Shown here: positions 60,102 through 64,000 of the stretch, piece by piece | Layout of the letters: each line of letters begins with the position of its first letter | Position numbering within the stretch: position 1 is the first letter of the stretch | DNA from: Bispira polyomma | Taxonomy: Eukaryota | Length of the DNA: 64,000 bases | Assembly: GCA_965649765.1 (NCBI GenBank) | Contig: OZ287755.1 | Coordinates: forward strand, 39,246,001 to 39,310,000 | Reading direction: 5' to 3' | Notes under the pieces: model-generated | Database searches by the model: none | Told to the model about the DNA's origin: nothing | Seen by the model: the letters and a program-made list of their open reading frames with translations, nothing else | Translations under genes and position numbers: made by a program

Positions 60102-60810
60102 AATAATAATTATAATAATAAATAAATCTTGTAGAGCGCAATTCTTGTTACTACGTGAGAAATCAATGCGCTAACTCCAATGTAAAAGCACTTTTAAACA
60201 GGTACGTTTTGAGTTTTTTCTTGAAGTCATTAAAATCCAGTTTGATGTTGCGTATATTATCAGGTAAGCTGTTCCAGTAGCAGGGTGTGGCAACTAGAAA
60301 AGAATGCTAACCCTTGTTTTTCAGTTTCCATTTATGTTCTTTCAGCTTGTAGGCTTTGTCACCAGATCACAGGGGTCTTGCAGGCTGGTAAACAGAGAGC
60401 AAGGACTGAATGTAGTCTGGAGCATCATTATTTAATGCTTTAAAAACAATTAAGTTCACTTTGGTGATAATCCACTGCCTAACAGGTAACCAATGCAGTT
60501 TATAAGACCGGGCGTTATTGAGTTAAATTTTTTCAGATTCAAAATTATCCTAGCAGCTGTATTTTTCACACATTGCAGTTTTGCAATAAGAAACTCTGGA
60601 ATGTCAATGTAGAGGGAGTTACAGTGGTCTAGTTTTGCAGAAATGACTGCATGAACTATTGCTTTAGCTGATCGAAACAGTCAGATTTGGTCGAAAAGTA
60701 CGAATGTTCCTGATATAGCAGTAGCAAGACTTACAAATGTAAGTGATATGATCATAAAATGAAAGATCTTTATCGATGATGACTCTTAGGTTTTTAACAC
60801 TAGATTTTAA
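60102..60810 (-). mobile_element. Degenerate L2 LINE 3' fragment
   Basis: Minus strand SAKLDHCNSL, LHWLPV, WNSLPDNIRN..FKKKLKTYLFKSAF; gcgca..tgcgc stem and (TTA)n tail. Confidence 0.9.
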
Positions 60811-61966
60811 ATGAAAAACAAGTAGGTATTAGTGACAGAAGGTAAAATGTGAAAGTGTTCTTACTACTAAACTCATTCCTCATAAACCATTCTACTAAGG
60901 ACTTTAAATTAGTACAAGTATATTTAAATACAAGTTAAATCACAGTAAAACAGCTAATAACCAAAAAATTGATATTGTTTTAAAAATAACAAGTCTTTTC
61001 AATTTGATTTGATAACATGTTGTGCCCCCCGAGTGTGCCTAGATAATCAATATTCTAAAGTTGTAATGGCATAGCTACTGTCTAAAAATGTGTTACTAGT
61101 TATCTACACAGTCCAACCTAGTCATTCATTTGAGGCGCTTCTTTGTAGCTATATGTAAATTAAAGACGGTTCTTCCTGCACAAGTTCGATTTAGTTACTG
61201 CCACAGCCTGCCACTACAAAGTAATGAGAGCTTGTGTTGACAGTGTGACTGTCTATAAAAGAAATTATCAGAACTCTGACAAGTCGACGGTTTTTCAGTA
61301 GTTGTTTTCTTTTAAGCAATCTTGCGCACGTAAAACTATAAATATCGCCTAATGAAAACAAGAAAATGCATTTTTACAAAGTGTACATGGTATAAAGAAG
61401 TAAGCAGTGAAAAAGACCAATGTGACATTTCTACACTTGAGTCTAAAAGTATTCATTATTGGGGCTGAAGACAGGTCAGACTTGGCAAATATTACACATG
61501 AACAAGGAACTGGCTTTGAAAACGACAGACAGTCAGCTTTATTTTTTTAAACTTAACTCAGTTTACATACAGTTTTATGAGACTCATCAACCGTGTCATC
61601 ATCGTTCAAGCTCCCCCCCCCTCCCCCCTCCCCCCCTGCCCCCCACAATTTTCACAATATATTACAGTTATAGGTTGCAACAAAAGTGGATTATAACCAG
61701 GTCACTCGCCTGAAAAAAAAAATCAGCTGTATTTGTTAGTGGGTTTGTCATCAGAGCTCAGTGTGTACACAACTTACAGTTGGGAGAGATAGTACTGGGG
61801 CAATGACTTAGAAACAAGGATAAGGGAAGTCAATTGAGTGTTTTACATGTGTTTGTGGGAGTCTCCCTTGTGCTAGTGGTAAGGGAGGTGGTCTAGTGAT
61901 GAAAGTCCCCGGGTTTAAAACTGATCATGGTCAATGTGGGGGATAACCTGTTGTAGTTAGAGTGTG

Positions 61967-61968
<2 letters not shown>

Positions 61969-62052
<84 letters not shown>
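61969..62052. repeat. (AT)n microsatellite, ~42 units
   Basis: Direct inspection. Confidence 0.98.
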
Positions 62053-62054
<2 letters not shown>

Positions 62055-62242
62055 TGGCAGTTACACGACTCCAATGATAGTATTTATAAAAGGAATTTTT
62101 TGCTTTAATGATTGAATAACTTTATTTCAGATATACATAATGGTCCATATGATAATAAGAAAGATAAGAATACATTAATATGTACATAAAGATACACCAA
62201 CTATCGAAGTTGCTTAGATATATACATTGTGTTATTTCCCAT

Positions 62243-62718
62243 ATATATGTCATGGTAGAAAGTCCAATTTGGTAGAATTTCAAATTTTACAGGTATTTCC
62301 AATTGTACTTTCTACTGGTAGAAAGTCTAATTATGTTTATTATAAGAAAAACAAATTGTTTTTGGCACTACTGCCTCAAAACTCTTTTTTATGATCAAAA
62401 AGATCACTATGTCAAAGTATATTATATCGAACAAAGAAATTATTTTTGTTTTCAACAGCATTAATATGATAAGATAGTTGATGCAATTGTTGCCAAAATA
62501 TAGTCTGTAAAAGTATGTAATACCCCCAAAAATATTGAGACAACCTTAATTAGTCAAGGTATCTTTTAGTATACAACAAATGTCCTGCATTGTTTTAAAC
62601 AATAAAAAATAATTCACAGGTTGTATTTTATTTTTATTCCTTCCAATTTTCCAATTGGAGTTTCTACCGGTAGAATCTAAAAATTCTAAAAGATTGGACT
62701 TTTTACCATGATATGTAT
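62243..62718. mobile_element. ~475-bp MITE, TA-flanked
   Basis: TIR atgtcatggtagaaagtccaat / attggactttttaccatgatat with internal subterminal ggtagaa repeats. Confidence 0.75.
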
Positions 62719-63054
62719 AATTCCTTTTGAAGATTTAGATAAACTTTAGTCTATGATCTGTCAAATAGTAGTAGTTCACACATTGGCGGTATAGTAGACA
62801 ATACCAGAAGGTCTTGTAATTCTCTTTCCGCCTGTCATATCGGCTGTTCCATCCTAGGGAAATATACCCCTTGAAACTTATCAGATAAGTTTTTAGAGAC
62901 AGAAACAGACGATCACTTGAACAAAATAGTTACATCGGTGATACAAAAATACTCAAAAATAGTTCGGCAACAGGCGGAAACAGAAGATTACTAGGTCAGA
63001 TGCTTTAGAGTATTGATGCCAAAGGAGTAATGGGGCATTTACATTGTCCAAGTT

Positions 63055-63550
63055 CATGCCCCGGCATCGCCTCGGCATTGCCGTTTATTTAAGACCTGAA
63101 GGACTTGGCCGATTGGGAGAGAAAAGGTGGGGAAATGTTCATTTTGCATATATTTGCATCCCTCGTTTATGACCCATTTTAGCCCCGTTTTAGACCTATT
63201 TAGCCCTGTTTATGCTCAGGTTATGTTACGTTTTCTCAAGTTCTTCCCAGTTCTGGCCAGATCACACAAGTTCTAAGCAGTTTAAGCCCTATTCACACAA
63301 GTTCTGAGCAGTTCAACTCCTTTTCACGCCCCGGCATCACCCCGGCATTCCCCTTTTCTTAAGTTCTCTGAAAATGTGTTTTTGGAGCCGTCCTCCCATG
63401 GGCGTTTTGAACATTTTTTGGCTGTAGCTCTCGTTCTTGCCGTTTGCACCAATTCTACCCCCGTTTATGCCCAGTTCTTAGACATTTGTTCAAGTTCTCA
63501 CACGTTCTCAGAATGGGGGAGAACGGGGACAGAGAACGTGAGCGCTTCTT
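63055..63550. repeat. GC-richer repeat with short internal reiterations (ccccggcat, caagttct), probably a DNA-transposon end
   Basis: Reiterated motifs; no partner terminus seen. Confidence 0.4.
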
Positions 63551-64000
63551 TACATCTAAATGATTTTAGCCTAAACCTTTTAGAGTAAGGTATCAGAAAT
63601 GCGGCAGGTAGAAAATGTTGTGTTTTTAGTAGAATTGTGAGTAATAAATATTTAAGGAAATGGAGATTTGGTTTTCATATACAGTGATATGTGTCTTTAA
63701 CTCCACCAATTTACACACTTTAGCCTCAAACTATTTAACTGTACTTGTGAAGTGTCTGATTCCTCAAACAGTGAGTCTTTTGAAGTGACGCCTGTGTTTA
63801 CTGTGTATGTGTGTTTACATCCCCTGTGAATAGACACACTTGTGTGTGTGTGGGTGTATGTATGTGTGTGGGTGTTTACCCACCTATGGTATATCCATAC
63901 AGTATTTTATGCCCCGGTCACACATTGCCGCTATGGTAGGCTGTACAAAAAGCTAGCAGCAGATACAGTAACTTGTCTTTTATTCTGTATATTAAATTGG

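Overview
AT-rich, repeat-dense animal genomic DNA, probably a marine invertebrate such as a lophotrochozoan (inferred from the repeat repertoire). One complete host gene can be built by hand and is absent from the ORF track: a 9-exon, + strand MMAB (ATP:cob(I)alamin adenosyltransferase, PduO type). It runs from ATG 3030 to TGA 24146, with a 702-nt CDS, 233 aa, all GT-AG introns in phase and an N-terminal mitochondrial-type presequence. Most of the rest is transposable elements: a decayed DIRS-type retrotransposon, several L2/CR1 LINE pieces, a 5.1-kb L1/Tx1 LINE with a perfect 14-bp TSD in MMAB intron 5, three Helentron-type non-autonomous elements carrying tandem arrays, a 3.6-kb Academ-type DNA transposon with ~450-bp TIRs and a 3-bp TSD, tRNA-derived SINEs and many MITEs. 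A TE-poor stretch at ~58-60 kb holds a well-formed minus-strand candidate exon of an unidentified gene. I see no convincing novel multi-gene system. The most unusual local features are a minisatellite built from an exon/splice-donor junction, a hairpin MITE at the MMAB promoter, and near-identical direct repeats bracketing MMAB exons 4-9. Repeat boundaries were read by eye and are approximate unless a TSD or TIR is given.
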